The position numbers and the translations under genes are program-made. Source: Phaeosaccion multiseriatum (taxonomy: Eukaryota; Protista; Ochrophyta, other classes). From it: a stretch of 64,000 bases of DNA. Positions 13,096 to 23,553 of the stretch are shown here, piece by piece. Under the pieces are notes generated by a model. That model was given only the letters and a program-made list of their open reading frames with translations. It was not told where the DNA came from and ran no database searches. Where the stretch lies: the NCBI GenBank assembly GCA_965112735.1, contig OZ218952.1, positions 4,340,001-4,404,000 on the forward strand. The letters run 5' to 3'. Within the stretch, counting starts at the first letter, position 1; each line of letters opens with the position of its first letter.

Positions 13096-15773
13096 GGCGA
13101 GGGCGAGAAAATTTTTGCCAGACAGAGAGGGAGGGAGACAGAGAGGAGCAGAGAGAAAGGAGGGAGAGGGGGTTTGGAGGGAGTGAGGGAGAGAGAGAGA
13201 GAGAAGGGAGAAGGAGGGACAGGGGGTTTCGAGAGAGTGAGGGAGAGACAGAGAGAAGGGAGAAGGGCCCTCCGCCAACAGCTCACTCACATGTGCTTCC
13301 TGGACGGCGAAGTGCAGAAGCTCGGGTGCTCTGTACGGCAGCCCCGTCTGCCCAGCGTCGAAGGTGGCACTGTAGTCATCGAAGAGCCTGCTGATGTACT
13401 CCTTACTCACTTCTTGCCCGTCCACCCCCTCCAGCAAGACAGAGAGGTTATGCTGCCCGGCCGCGTTGTCTGGGTCGAGTTGCACGGCTTTCTGTAACGC
13501 CTCGATGGCTTGTTGGGAGCAGGTACTACCTATGCACTCCTCGTCCTCTAACGTGCTTAGGGCCTGTCGTGTCATTTTGGGTTGGGGGGGATTCAACCAG
13601 GGTAGCGGAGGAGCGGGGAGGGAGAGAGAGAGGGAGAGAGGGAGAGGGAGAGAGTGAGGGAGAGACAGAGGAGAGAGAGTCATAGAAAGATCAAGCAGAA
13701 TGTGGAGCAGCAGGTTGCAACAAATCCTCCAACAAAGAGACAACGGCCCAGAGCGAGGATGGATCATTCTCGGGAGGCAAAAAAAGAAAAAAAAAGAGAA
13801 AAGACGAGAAACGAGCAGCCAAGAGAAGAGACGAGTAGAGCACGGAGTCGAGAAGCCAAGAGACCACAAGAGTAAACACGAGAAACGAGCAGCCAAGAGA
13901 GAGCGAGCACCCAGCTACCGCCAGCACTCCTTTGTCCTCACTCACCTGGCCCAGACTGAGGAAGAGGCTCGACAAGTAGGGGCCGAAGTGCTCGAGGTCA
14001 GGATCGTCCTGCTCGTACAGCTCGATGGCCTCCTGTACAGGGGGAGGGAGGAGGGGAAGGGTAAGTTGTCCGAGGGAGGGCGCACGGAAGGGAAGGGATG
14101 GAAGAGCAGGGGGTGAGCAGTCAGAGAGATGAAGGGAAGGGAAGGGAATGGACGAGACGAATGAGCAGCTTGCCTGATAGCAGGTGACAGCCTCGTCATA
14201 GATCCCTTCTCCGTGCAGTGCGGTACCGAGGTTGCTCCAGGCGTCCGCCATGGCGGGGTCAGACTCGAGTGCCGCTTGATAGTGCTCGATGGCAAAGTAC
14301 ACCTCCTGTACACGGTTTAGTACAAGGGAAGTGCGGGGAGATTGGCGGGGCATACAGAAAGCGAGGGAGAGGGAAAGGGAGGGGGAGGGGGAGAGGAGGG
14401 ATCGGGATCGGGAGAGGGAGATAGAGAGAGGAGGCAACGGTCTCTACTTGCAAACCTGACCCCTGAGGCTGCATCACTCTGAACCTCCCGGGCGGGCGGG
14501 ACTGCCACTCACCTCATTGTGCAGAAGTAAGCCCAAGTTGAAATGCGCAGTTGCCTGCGGGGCCATTCATGTGGAACAGCCGACAGAGACAAACGCCCAA
14601 GATGCGAGCACAAGAGGGAGGAACAAGAAGAAGAACAACGCCAAAAACAGGAGCAAAAAAGTTGAGGGAAGAGAGGAAGAGGCGGTTCCCGGGGGCACGT
14701 CTCATACACCACGGAAGGGGCATGTCTCGCACACCATGGAAAGCAGCGCTTGCCTCCATGGACGGAAGACGAAAAAAGCCTGCATCAGTACACGATGTCA
14801 CACACAAAATCTCCCCATACAGGCCCCGGCGCTATCCTCTCATCCCCTCTCCTCTCCTCTCCTCCCCTGCACTGCCTCGGCGCTACCCTGCCATTCCCTC
14901 TCCTCCCCTCTCCCCGCCTCCCCTCCCTTCCCCTCCCCTCCCCCCCCCCCCCCTACCCTGCCTCACGTGGTAGGGATTGGCGTCCACTGCCCTCTGATAG
15001 GCCTCGAATGACCCCTGGAAGTCCTCCATGTCCTGCAAGGCACTGCCGAGGTTGCACAACGTGTCGGAGTGGAGTGGGTCGAAGCGGAGGGCCTCCTCGT
15101 ACTGCTTCACCGCGAGGGCCAGCTCGCCTTGGGAGTACTGCTCGTTTCCGGCCAGGTAGTAGCTATATGCCCGGGGAGGGGGGGGGGGGTTGTGTTTGGT
15201 GGGTGGTGAGGTGGGGAGGTTTGGAGGAGGGAAAGGCAAGAAGAGAGGCGGTGTCAAGTGTATCGGAAATGCGGCGTAGCGTAACGTTTGCCATATGAAT
15301 GACAGGCTCATTCCAGACCATGGGGGAATCTTCCCCCATTCCCGCCCGCATGTAAAGCCCATTCTAACCAAAAGCACAGGCATCGCTCGGTGAAAGGGAC
15401 GGCGGATGTGACCAACCAAGGGCCACGTGCTCAACTCTGAAGAAGAAGGGGGGTGACGCCAGCAGCAGTCAGGGACGAAGAGCGCCAGATCGGGTGAAAC
15501 ACGCGATCTTGCACACTTGGCTCTCCTTTGGTTACGCGCCGACTGCCGCTTCTGCCACGTAATACCTTTCGCTGTCCGCCTTTCAGGGGCCAGGAAAAAG
15601 CAGGGTCGCTTCGACTGGACTGGGACTTACTTGTAAGCCAGCTCTCTGTTCTGTTTGCACACGCCAGACGCTTCGTCGCAATCCGCCTCTCCCTGCCCCG
15701 CGGCGAGGCTGCACACGAGCAGCACCACCAGCAGCAGCAGGAGGGGTGCCAGCGAAGGCCTCCTCCCCACCAT
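11842..15773 (-). CDS. TPR-repeat class I SAM-dependent methyltransferase (COG4976-like) with signal peptide, multi-exon
   Basis: Leader [26 protein letters not shown]. TPRs ([22 protein letters not shown]; [11 protein letters not shown]). Linker [25 protein letters not shown] motif [13 protein letters not shown]-terminal [20 protein letters not shown]. Ends EEEL. Confidence 0.85.
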
Positions 15774-16773
15774 GGCGCCCGCGAGAGCAGAACTGCTGGC
15801 GGAGTGCGCTCTGCCGTACAGCTAAAGAAGAAGGAGAAGGAGGAGAAGAAGTGATAGCAGTAGCACGATGAGTTCGAGGATCTAAGGGGGAAAAGCCGAT
15901 CCAAAAGCAGTAAGTGGATGCCGGCGGGGGGGAGGGGGGAACTGAAACTTTATCGCCAACTGTGAATTGGCTACAACACCCCAGGCTACAATGACACATC
16001 GGGGGCAATCAAGCAAGTGAGAATGACGTCTCCCGCGCTGGTGAGCAAGGCAGAGCCGAGAGCTACCGTACAGTTTAGATATCTTACTTTGGCGCGGGAA
16101 GTGTTGGGAGAGTATGCGATCGGTTCACCGGACTAATTTGATAACACAGTAGGCGCTTGCTCGCTCTCGCGGCAAAAAGTGACGGCGTCCCATGCACGAA
16201 TCCATTCGTGTGGAGATTCTGCTATTCCTCCTAAACACCACCCACAGTGTCGACCCGGTGCTTTTCCCACCTTCATCCCCCTCCCCATCCTGGCAAACGC
16301 GTACGGGCAGGGTGCGGAAGGACCGGTGTCAGCTCTCGGCGCACCATCAGCTTTTGCCGGCGCACGCTCTCCAGGAATATGCGGTCGAATAGTGTTGGAT
16401 ACTAGCCCAGAAATCGAGCTGCTCAACGCAGAGGGGCGTGCCGTCTTCTTCACAGGCATATCTCCTCGGTGTAGCAGCAGGTGCGGCGCTTCAATTACTG
16501 CGCTCTACAGCGCTCATCGGAGGAGCGTCTTCACCACAGGTATAGTGCTCGTAGCGCCACTCCTCCGAAGAGCGCTGTAGAGCGGGGTCGTTGTGCTCAC
16601 ATTAAACCCCGCCTCTGTATCTTTTGGGTCCAGTGGACACCGCCCCGGCCGGGCTCGGGAGAGAGAGAGTAGGTACGCCTCGCATGTACCCTCTCTCTCC
16701 GCCTACCTGACTAAAAAGAGCGCAGGAAAATAGGAGCGACACCCGACTCGCCTACCATCACTCACCCCTGGCT

Positions 16774-17379
16774 TCAAGATAGGGAAACGGATGGAAGAAA
16801 GAGCTGTCTAATCTTTGGAAGGCTTGGCCGGATGGTGTCGCTCTCGTCCCTCTCCTGTAGCTCATCCAGAGCCAGCAACACCTTGACCAGACCCTCCCCC
16901 TTGGTATCGCACGGCAAGCCGTACTGCTCTAGAATCACGTTGGCCACCCCCACTGACTTTGGAATCACCTCCAGCATCACCCTTTTCGTCTTCTGGTGAT
17001 GATTCCCTGTTCCTCCTCCTCCTTCTCCTCCTCCCTGCTCCTGCCGCTCCACTTCTTGAAGCGCTGTCGCAATGGCCCGCTGATTGATCTTCTTCTCAAA
17101 ACAGGAAATCAACTCCACCACGAGGACCTTGGCCATATCGAGAGGCAAGAAGTCCTCCACATCCTTCTCCTCCTCCTCCTCCTCCTCCTCCTCTGACGAC
17201 GACGACGAGTCCTCCGAGTCCTCTTCATCGTATTCGCTATCGTACTCCGAGTCCTCGCTGTGTTCATCTTCCCTCGCCTCGTGGCCGTCCTCCCCCCCCC
17301 CGTCATCAGGAGCTACTTTCTCATCCTCATCCTCATCATCCTGCCGGCGCTGCGGCTCATTAGACGTAGCGAAAGTCAT
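16774..17379 (-). CDS. Hypothetical protein with acidic N-terminal tract and helical C-terminal domain
   Basis: 201-aa ATG-initiated ORF with an Asp/Glu/Ser tract followed by protein-like sequence (VMLEVIPKSVGVANVILEQYGL). No recognisable family. Confidence 0.6.
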   Translation of the reverse strand: MTFATSNEPQRRQDDEDEDEKVAPDDGGGEDGHEAREDEHSEDSEYDSEYDEEDSEDSSSSSEEEEEEEEEKDVEDFLPLDMAKVLVVELISCFEKKINQRAIATALQEVERQEQGGGEGGGGTGNHHQKTKRVMLEVIPKSVGVANVILEQYGLPCDTKGEGLVKVLLALDELQERDESDTIRPSLPKIRQLFLPSVSLS

Positions 17380-17581
17380 GCGAAGCCGCGAGGGGAGACG
17401 AGGAATTCAAGGGGTGAGGAAGATTGAAACGGCGATGGCACTGCATGGCCAATCTTTTTCTTTCCCTTTTTTCTCTCTCAGTTTCTTGTTTCTTCTCTCG
17501 TCCCCTCCTCCTTCCCCCCCTCCCAGAATCTTCGATAAGGTCACGTGAACATAAGCGCAAGGATCGCACCGCTTCGAAAGC

Positions 17582-19424
17582 ATGCAATCTTCGTTGACCC
17601 CAAGTAATATGCGGGTCCCTCCTCAGGCGACGCCGCGCATGACACCCGAGGTAAGCCCTCAGCAGCTAGTAAAACCCGCCCCTCCTCCTTCCTTCTTCTC
17701 TTTGTGCGCCTCTGACCTCGAAACGTATTGCTCTCAACAACCCTTCCCAGGCACGCCGCCTTGGGCAAGCGATTCACGGTAAAGAGAGCAGGCAGAGTGT
17801 CCTGGCGGCCATGAGGGAATTGATGAGCGTCCACGGGGAAGGCGCCTTGGACGGAGTCGTTTCAATTGATGGCCACACGCCCCTCACCCTTGCGGCGCAC
17901 CTGCGTCGACACGATTTGGTGACGACTTTGCTCCATGAGGGAGCGTCTGTGGACACGAGGGGAGGTCCACATGGCTACTCCGCCCTGGGTATTGCGAGTG
18001 GAGTAGGGTCTACGGCCACTGTGGGGAGGCTCCTTCGCGCGAAAGCTTCTGTGGAGCTACGAGGGTCTGCAGTGGGCTTTACTGCTTTGCACACTGCAGC
18101 AGCCTTTGGGCACGAAGCTGTTGTACAGCTCCTTCTCGATGCAAATGCCTCCGTCAATGTAGAGGAGCGTAGGGGCTTTAGTCCTCTTCATTGCGCCGCC
18201 AGTCAAGGCCACGTCTCGGTCGTGGAGCTACTACTCAGCAAAGGTGCCAATCTGCATCACACATGCGCTCAGGGCACCTCCGTACTGTGGAGAGCCTGCC
18301 AGAACGGCCACCATTCGGTTGTGGAGGCACTCATCCGTGCGGGCGCGAATTTCGACCATGTGGGCCTTGATGGGGCGACGCCGCTCTACGTAGCGTCCGG
18401 CTCTGGATGGACCCCCATCGCGAAACTGCTCATCGACGCGCAGGCGGATGTGCATCGCCCGAATTCCGAGGGGTTTAGCCCCCTCTCCACCGCCTCTGAA
18501 CAAGGGCATAAGGCCATTGTCGAGCTCCTCATTGCTGCCGGCGCCAGTGTGGAGCATCTTGACCACCGGCAGGTCACCCCGCTGTGGGGGGCTTGCAGTA
18601 ATGGGCGTACCGCTGTGGCTCGAATCCTCCTTTCTGCTGGAGCCCAGCCGAACATCACTGGTACCATCGGTCTCTCTGCTCTGTGCGCCGCGTGTACGTC
18701 TAAAAACGTGCCACTTGTGAAGATGCTTCTTCGGGCAGGGGCAGACCCCGACTTGGTTGGAGCAGGGACAGGGGCGTTACAGCACCATGCCATAAGTCCT
18801 CTCTTGTGTGCTTCCGACTCAAACCAGGTTGCAATTGTGCAAGTCCTCCTCGAAGCTGGAGCGGCCGTGGATATGCAGAGCGGCGCCCACGGCTGGACGC
18901 CTTTGCACGCTGCTTCCGGAAAGGGCCACGCCGAGGTTGTGGCATGCCTCCTCGAGGCCGGTGCGAGTCTCGAGAGACCGAATACAGGGGGCTGCATCGC
19001 GCTTCACTATGCTGCTCAAGAGGGGCACGAAACAGTGGTGGCCCGCCTCCTCTCTGCGGGATCACCGGTTGACGTTCGAGGTGCTGCCGATGGTCGTGAT
19101 GGCAATACCCCCTTACTCGCAGCCGTCGCCTTTGACAAGCGTGGTACAGCCCAACTCCTCCTGCGGGCAGGTGCCTCGATGGACGCAGCCCTCATGGTGG
19201 CGCGGCAGAGGGGGTGGGACGGCGGTGCCGATCACGACCTGGTGCGGCGCTTGCAGCTTGCGGCGGCACAGTTCTACGCATCACAGACCCCCTCGGATCT
19301 GATGCGCCGCTGTGACGCGACCTTCGGCAAGCAACGCGGGGTATCACCGCTCGAGAGAGGCCTCTCTCCCCACACATGGAAGCTTGTGGCAGCGCAAATG
19401 GGGCCAGAAGACTCAGACTTGTGA
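17582..19424 (+). CDS. Ankyrin-repeat protein, about 13 repeats (exons 17582-17650, 17751-19424)
   Basis: Repeated G.TPLH.AA..GH..VV..LL..GA motifs. The intron gtaagc..cccag (17651-17750) joins a short upstream exon in frame. Confidence 0.9.
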
Positions 19425-19781
19425 TGAGTTGTCCGGCTCTGAGGATACGGTCAAGGGCCGGCACTTTCAATTTGTATTGAAGTAGTATATTTTTATTTTA
19501 ACGCTGACGCAAAGAATCGCTCTATTTTTCTGAAATACGATTTCTTGGACGCACGCAGCAAAATGACGCTGGGAGAAGCGCTATAGCTCTTCGTGTAGCT
19601 CTTTGAGATGCCTATCGGTCCATAGTCTTTCGGCTTTCATCGCTTTTCCCCTTCCCTACTTGTCAGCATTTCTGCAAGAGCACTCCCCCTTGCCGCCCGA
19701 TCTCTAAAATGGGCGATTGGGGCGATTCTTACGCAAAATCGAGTGTTAAAATTAATGAAAGCAAGCAAACTGGGCATCTAC

Positions 19782-21797
19782 TTACTTCTCATCCGCGATT
19801 CGCATCACCACCCTCCCCGGGTTGTGTTCGTCTTCCCATACTTCGACGCCCTGCCTCTCTTGCAAACAGGCCAGCACCACGGGCTTGAGAACGCTGACGC
19901 CGTCCTCGCTGCGTCGGCCCCGGCCTGTGATGACTTTGATCTCAACCTCCACCTTCTCCACTGAGAGCACGTGACGAAGCGCTGCCTTGCTCATTCCCCT
20001 GCTGAATTCGTGCAAGTCCATCTTCCTTCCAGGCACCTTCCAGTGTGTGAAGACCCCTTGCGACACGGCCTCAGAGTACACCTCGTCAGCAGCCTCCTCG
20101 TCGCCACCCTCCTGCAAAGCGTCAACGGTAGCACTGTAGGTGATTTGATTGGGGGCAAGTCCTTTCTCCTTCATCTCATTGAAGAGCTTCAGAGCCTGTA
20201 TGTGGTTGTTGCCGTTGCCACATGCAGTAATGGCTGCACTGTAGCTGATCACATCAGGCTTGAGTCCTACCGCCTTCATCTCCTTGAAAAGGTCCAGGGC
20301 CTCCACGTGGTTGTTGCCGTTCCCACATGCAGTGATGGCTGCATTGTAGCTGATCACATTAGGCCTGAGTCCTACCGCCTTCATCTCATTGAAGAGCTTC
20401 AGGGCCTCCACGTGGTTGTTGCCGTTGCCACACGCAGTGATGGCTGCGCTGTAGCTGATCACATCCGGCTTGATTCCTACCGCCTTCATCTCATTGAAGA
20501 GGTTGCGGGCCTGTGTACTTTCGCCAGCTCTGCTACACGCCGTGATGATAGTGCTGTAGGTCTTCTCGTTAGGGGCGATTCCCTCGTCCTTCATCTCATT
20601 GAATGTCTTCAGGGCCTCCACGTGGTTGTTGCCGTTGCCACATGCAGTGATGGCTGCACTGTAGCTGATCACATCAGGCTTGAGTCCTACCGCCTTCATC
20701 TCCTTGAAAAGCTTCAGAGCCTCGACGTGATTGCTGCCGTTGCCACACGCAGTAATGGCTGCGTTATAGCTGATCACATTTGGCTTCAGTCCTACCGCCT
20801 TCATCTCCTTGAAGAGCTTCAGGGCCTCCACGTGGTTGTTGGCGCTGCCACATGCAGTAATGGCTGAATTGAAGCTGATCACATCAGGCTTGAGTCCTAC
20901 CGCCTTCATCTCCTTGAGCAGCTTCAGGGCCTCCACGTGGTTGTTGGCGCTGCCACATGCAGTAATGGCTGAATTGAAGCTGATCACATTTGGCTTGAGT
21001 CCTACCGCCTTCATCTCCTTGAAAAGATTCAGAGCCTCGACGTGATTGGTGCCGTTGCCACACGCAGTAATGGCTGCACTGTAGCTTATCACGTTTGGAT
21101 TGAGTCCTACCGCCTTCATCTCATTGAAGAGGTTGAGGGCCTGTGTACTTTCGCCAGCTCTGCTACACGCCGTGATGATAGTGCTGTAGGTCTTCTCGTT
21201 AGGGGCGATTCCCTCGTCCTTCATCTCATTGAATGTCTTCAGGGCCTCCACGTGGTTGTTATCGTTGGCACACGCAGTAATAGTGGTACTGAAGCTGATA
21301 ACATCTGGCTTGAGTCCTACCGCCTTCATATTCCTGAGCAGTCGCAAGGCCTCCACGTGGTTCTTGCCGTTGGCACACGCGGTAATGACTGAGTTATAGC
21401 TGACAACACTCGGCTCAATGCCCTCCTTCTTCATCTCTTCCAGAAGTTTCAAAGCGCCCTTCCACCGCCCGCACTTCCCAATCGCGGAAATGGCAGCACT
21501 CAAACAGTACAGATCGGGTTGCAGGCCCTCTCGCCGTGCGCGTTCCAGAGTAGGCGCGACCCTCTTCCAGTCCTTGCTTGCACCCAGACCTTGGATCTCC
21601 CTCATGAGCTGCATCTGCCTCGCCTTGTCACCCCCCCGCCGTCCCCCATTCGAGTAGCAGGAGCATTGTGGGCATTGTGGAAGGGAGAGCGCAGTCTCTG
21701 CCCTACGTTCTGCAGCAGTGCTTCCTAACGGTCTTGCCCTCCTGCCAATGCAGGTCCTGACTACTCTCCTCAACAACATCACTCGCATCATCAGCAT
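19782..21797 (-). CDS. P-class pentatricopeptide repeat protein with C-terminal SMR (small MutS-related) domain; intronless; probable mitochondrial presequence
   Basis: About 14 tandem 35-aa PPR motifs (VISYSAAITACG..EALKLFNEMKAVGLKPD). SMR motifs MDLHEFS, VITGRGRRS, NPGRV. Arg-rich, acid-poor N-terminus. Confidence 0.93.
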   Translation of the reverse strand: MLMMRVMLLRRVVRTCIGRRARPLGSTAAERRAETALSLPQCPQCSCYSNGGRRGGDKARQMQLMREIQGLGASKDWKRVAPTLERARREGLQPDLYCLSAAISAIGKCGRWKGALKLLEEMKKEGIEPSVVSYNSVITACANGKNHVEALRLLRNMKAVGLKPDVISFSTTITACANDNNHVEALKTFNEMKDEGIAPNEKTYSTIITACSRAGESTQALNLFNEMKAVGLNPNVISYSAAITACGNGTNHVEALNLFKEMKAVGLKPNVISFNSAITACGSANNHVEALKLLKEMKAVGLKPDVISFNSAITACGSANNHVEALKLFKEMKAVGLKPNVISYNAAITACGNGSNHVEALKLFKEMKAVGLKPDVISYSAAITACGNGNNHVEALKTFNEMKDEGIAPNEKTYSTIITACSRAGESTQARNLFNEMKAVGIKPDVISYSAAITACGNGNNHVEALKLFNEMKAVGLRPNVISYNAAITACGNGNNHVEALDLFKEMKAVGLKPDVISYSAAITACGNGNNHIQALKLFNEMKEKGLAPNQITYSATVDALQEGGDEEAADEVYSEAVSQGVFTHWKVPGRKMDLHEFSRGMSKAALRHVLSVEKVEVEIKVITGRGRRSEDGVSVLKPVVLACLQERQGVEVWEDEHNPGRVVMRIADEK
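20140..21410 (-). repeat. 105-bp coding tandem repeat array (PPR motifs), including a near-exact internal duplication 630 bp apart
   Basis: Units near-identical at DNA level; 20491-20630 matches 21121-21260. Confidence 0.9.
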
Positions 21798-22410
21798 CGC
21801 AGATCGCCCTCACACAGAGAAGCAATAGAAGGGGGAGGACCGAAGCAGGTACTGTTAAGTACTACTTTTTTTTTTTTTTTTTTTTTCCTCATTCCTCAGA
21901 AAGAAAGCTTCCCCACGCACACGCACCCACACCATACCACACGACCCACGGCATCGCTACTGAGAGTGAGGTCCCTCTCGTTCGTGCGTCGTAGTCCATG
22001 CAGCGCTTGCTCCAGGCCTGCTTCGTCTGGTGTATAAAGAACGAGTCCTATTCAAAGCCGGCGTTGGCGGGGGCTCTTCCCCTGCCCAGCGAATTGTAGC
22101 GAGAGATACATCCATGAGTACTTGTCGTGGTCACATCACGCCCTCCTGCAGGCGGGTTGACACACCCACATCAAGGGCGCCACACTCGACGCCCAACTCA
22201 TCTGCCGAAGGAGACACATCTCCCTCCCGAGGAGGTCCAGAGTATCTGCCCCCGCTCGAGGCAGACTTCCCCCAAGTCCCTTCTGCTCAGCATCTTTTCT
22301 CCTCAACGCACACATCTAATGCCTTGTCGATGTATCCATGTATCGGCAAAAAGGAACATTTACAAGCAGCGCAAGTCAAGCAGTCCAGGGAGGGGTGTGG
22401 GGGAGGTTCC

Positions 22411-23372
22411 TCAGCCGCCGCCCCCTAACCTCCTTTCGATGGTAGCCACGTCCTCAGCGGGGAGGAGCGCCACAAAGTCGTCCAAGTCCCGCAGGACGCT
22501 CTTCAGCCCGTCCGTCACATCCTGCACGGCTTCTGCAGCAGCTTCCGCAGCATCAGCAGCGCTTGCGCCTGTGTCCGTCTCGTCTGGGGCTGACAAGAAG
22601 TCGAGAGTGTACTTGACCTCCTGAAGAGCTGTCAAGCTCTGATTGCGGAGGAGATCCATCACCATGTGGGTGCCCCTGCGAGCATGTATGTGGGTGTGTG
22701 TGTGAGAGAGAGCGCGCGGGAGGGATTTGGGGGGTTGGAGAGGAGCAGAATACATGCGTTGTGAGAGGCAATGGCCAAGTTGAAGCCAGATGACAGATAA
22801 CGGGAAGCACCGCCCTCCCATTCCCCTGTTCGCTCTCTGCCCTCTCACCACTGGTAGTCGCTAACGGCGTCAAACATGGCCCTCCAGTTCGAATCTGAGT
22901 AATCCGCACTCGACAGCGCCTTCATGACCTCCGGCCAGGGCATGCTCAGCATCCGCTTCACCTCGCGTCTCCGCTGCATAAGCGGAAGCATGAGCAAGGG
23001 CGGGGGAGGCTCAGAGGTGGCCAGCACTCTCCGTTTGTCTCCTTTATCAAAGATATTCCAGTCGTTGGCCCTCGCTGCTGCCACCACGACACTCGTGGAG
23101 AGCGTACCGAGTGTCGCCGTAACAGAAGAGCGCAGCCATTTTCTCCTGTTGCTGCAGCGCCCCTTGTTGTATTCCTGCTGCACCTCCGCCCTCTTCCTCT
23201 CCTCTGTGACCCTCGGTCGCTTCATATTCGGTCGGGCACTGTGCCTTCTTGTGGCCAGGCTCTTGGCCACGGCTGGCAAAGAACCGCCGGTGCTGACGAA
23301 GGCGGCAGGGAGGGAGAAGCAGTCGAGCTCCATCGCGACCGATAGTTGCAGAAGCAGAAGCACCAGCAACAT
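22411..23372 (-). CDS. Putative thylakoid-lumen protein with signal, transit and Tat peptides (exons 23372-22849, 22675-22411)
   Basis: Signal peptide MLLVLLLLQLSVA, basic transit region, then SNRRKWL, a hydrophobic stretch and AARA cleavage site. Helical mature part ends LDDFVALLP. Phase-2 intron reconstitutes a Trp codon. Confidence 0.75.
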
Positions 23373-23553
23373 TGGCGTCCCTTCTTGGCTCTTGCCGTCC
23401 TCTTAGAGGATTTTGCGATATCATTTTGCTCGACCGCCGTGGATAACCAACTCACGCCAGTTGGGAAGTCTGCTTCGGTTTCGCCTAGCCGCCCCTGCCC
23501 CTCCTCAAAAGTCTTGTTTGGGGACGCGCAGAGAAGGAAGAAGGGAGGTTAGC

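Noticed and set aside
16020-16720. Short ORFs and a GA/TC hairpin in the intergenic region
   Set aside because: No recognisable protein motif or splice structure; the hairpin is explained by low-complexity sequence.
19971-21392. Plus-strand repetitive ORFs overlapping the PPR gene
   Set aside because: Antisense shadows of the 105-bp coding repeat, with no independent protein features.
21865-21886. T-run next to the intronless PPR gene as a retrocopy poly(A) tail
   Set aside because: It lies at the 5' side of the gene, not the 3' end, and no target-site duplication is evident.
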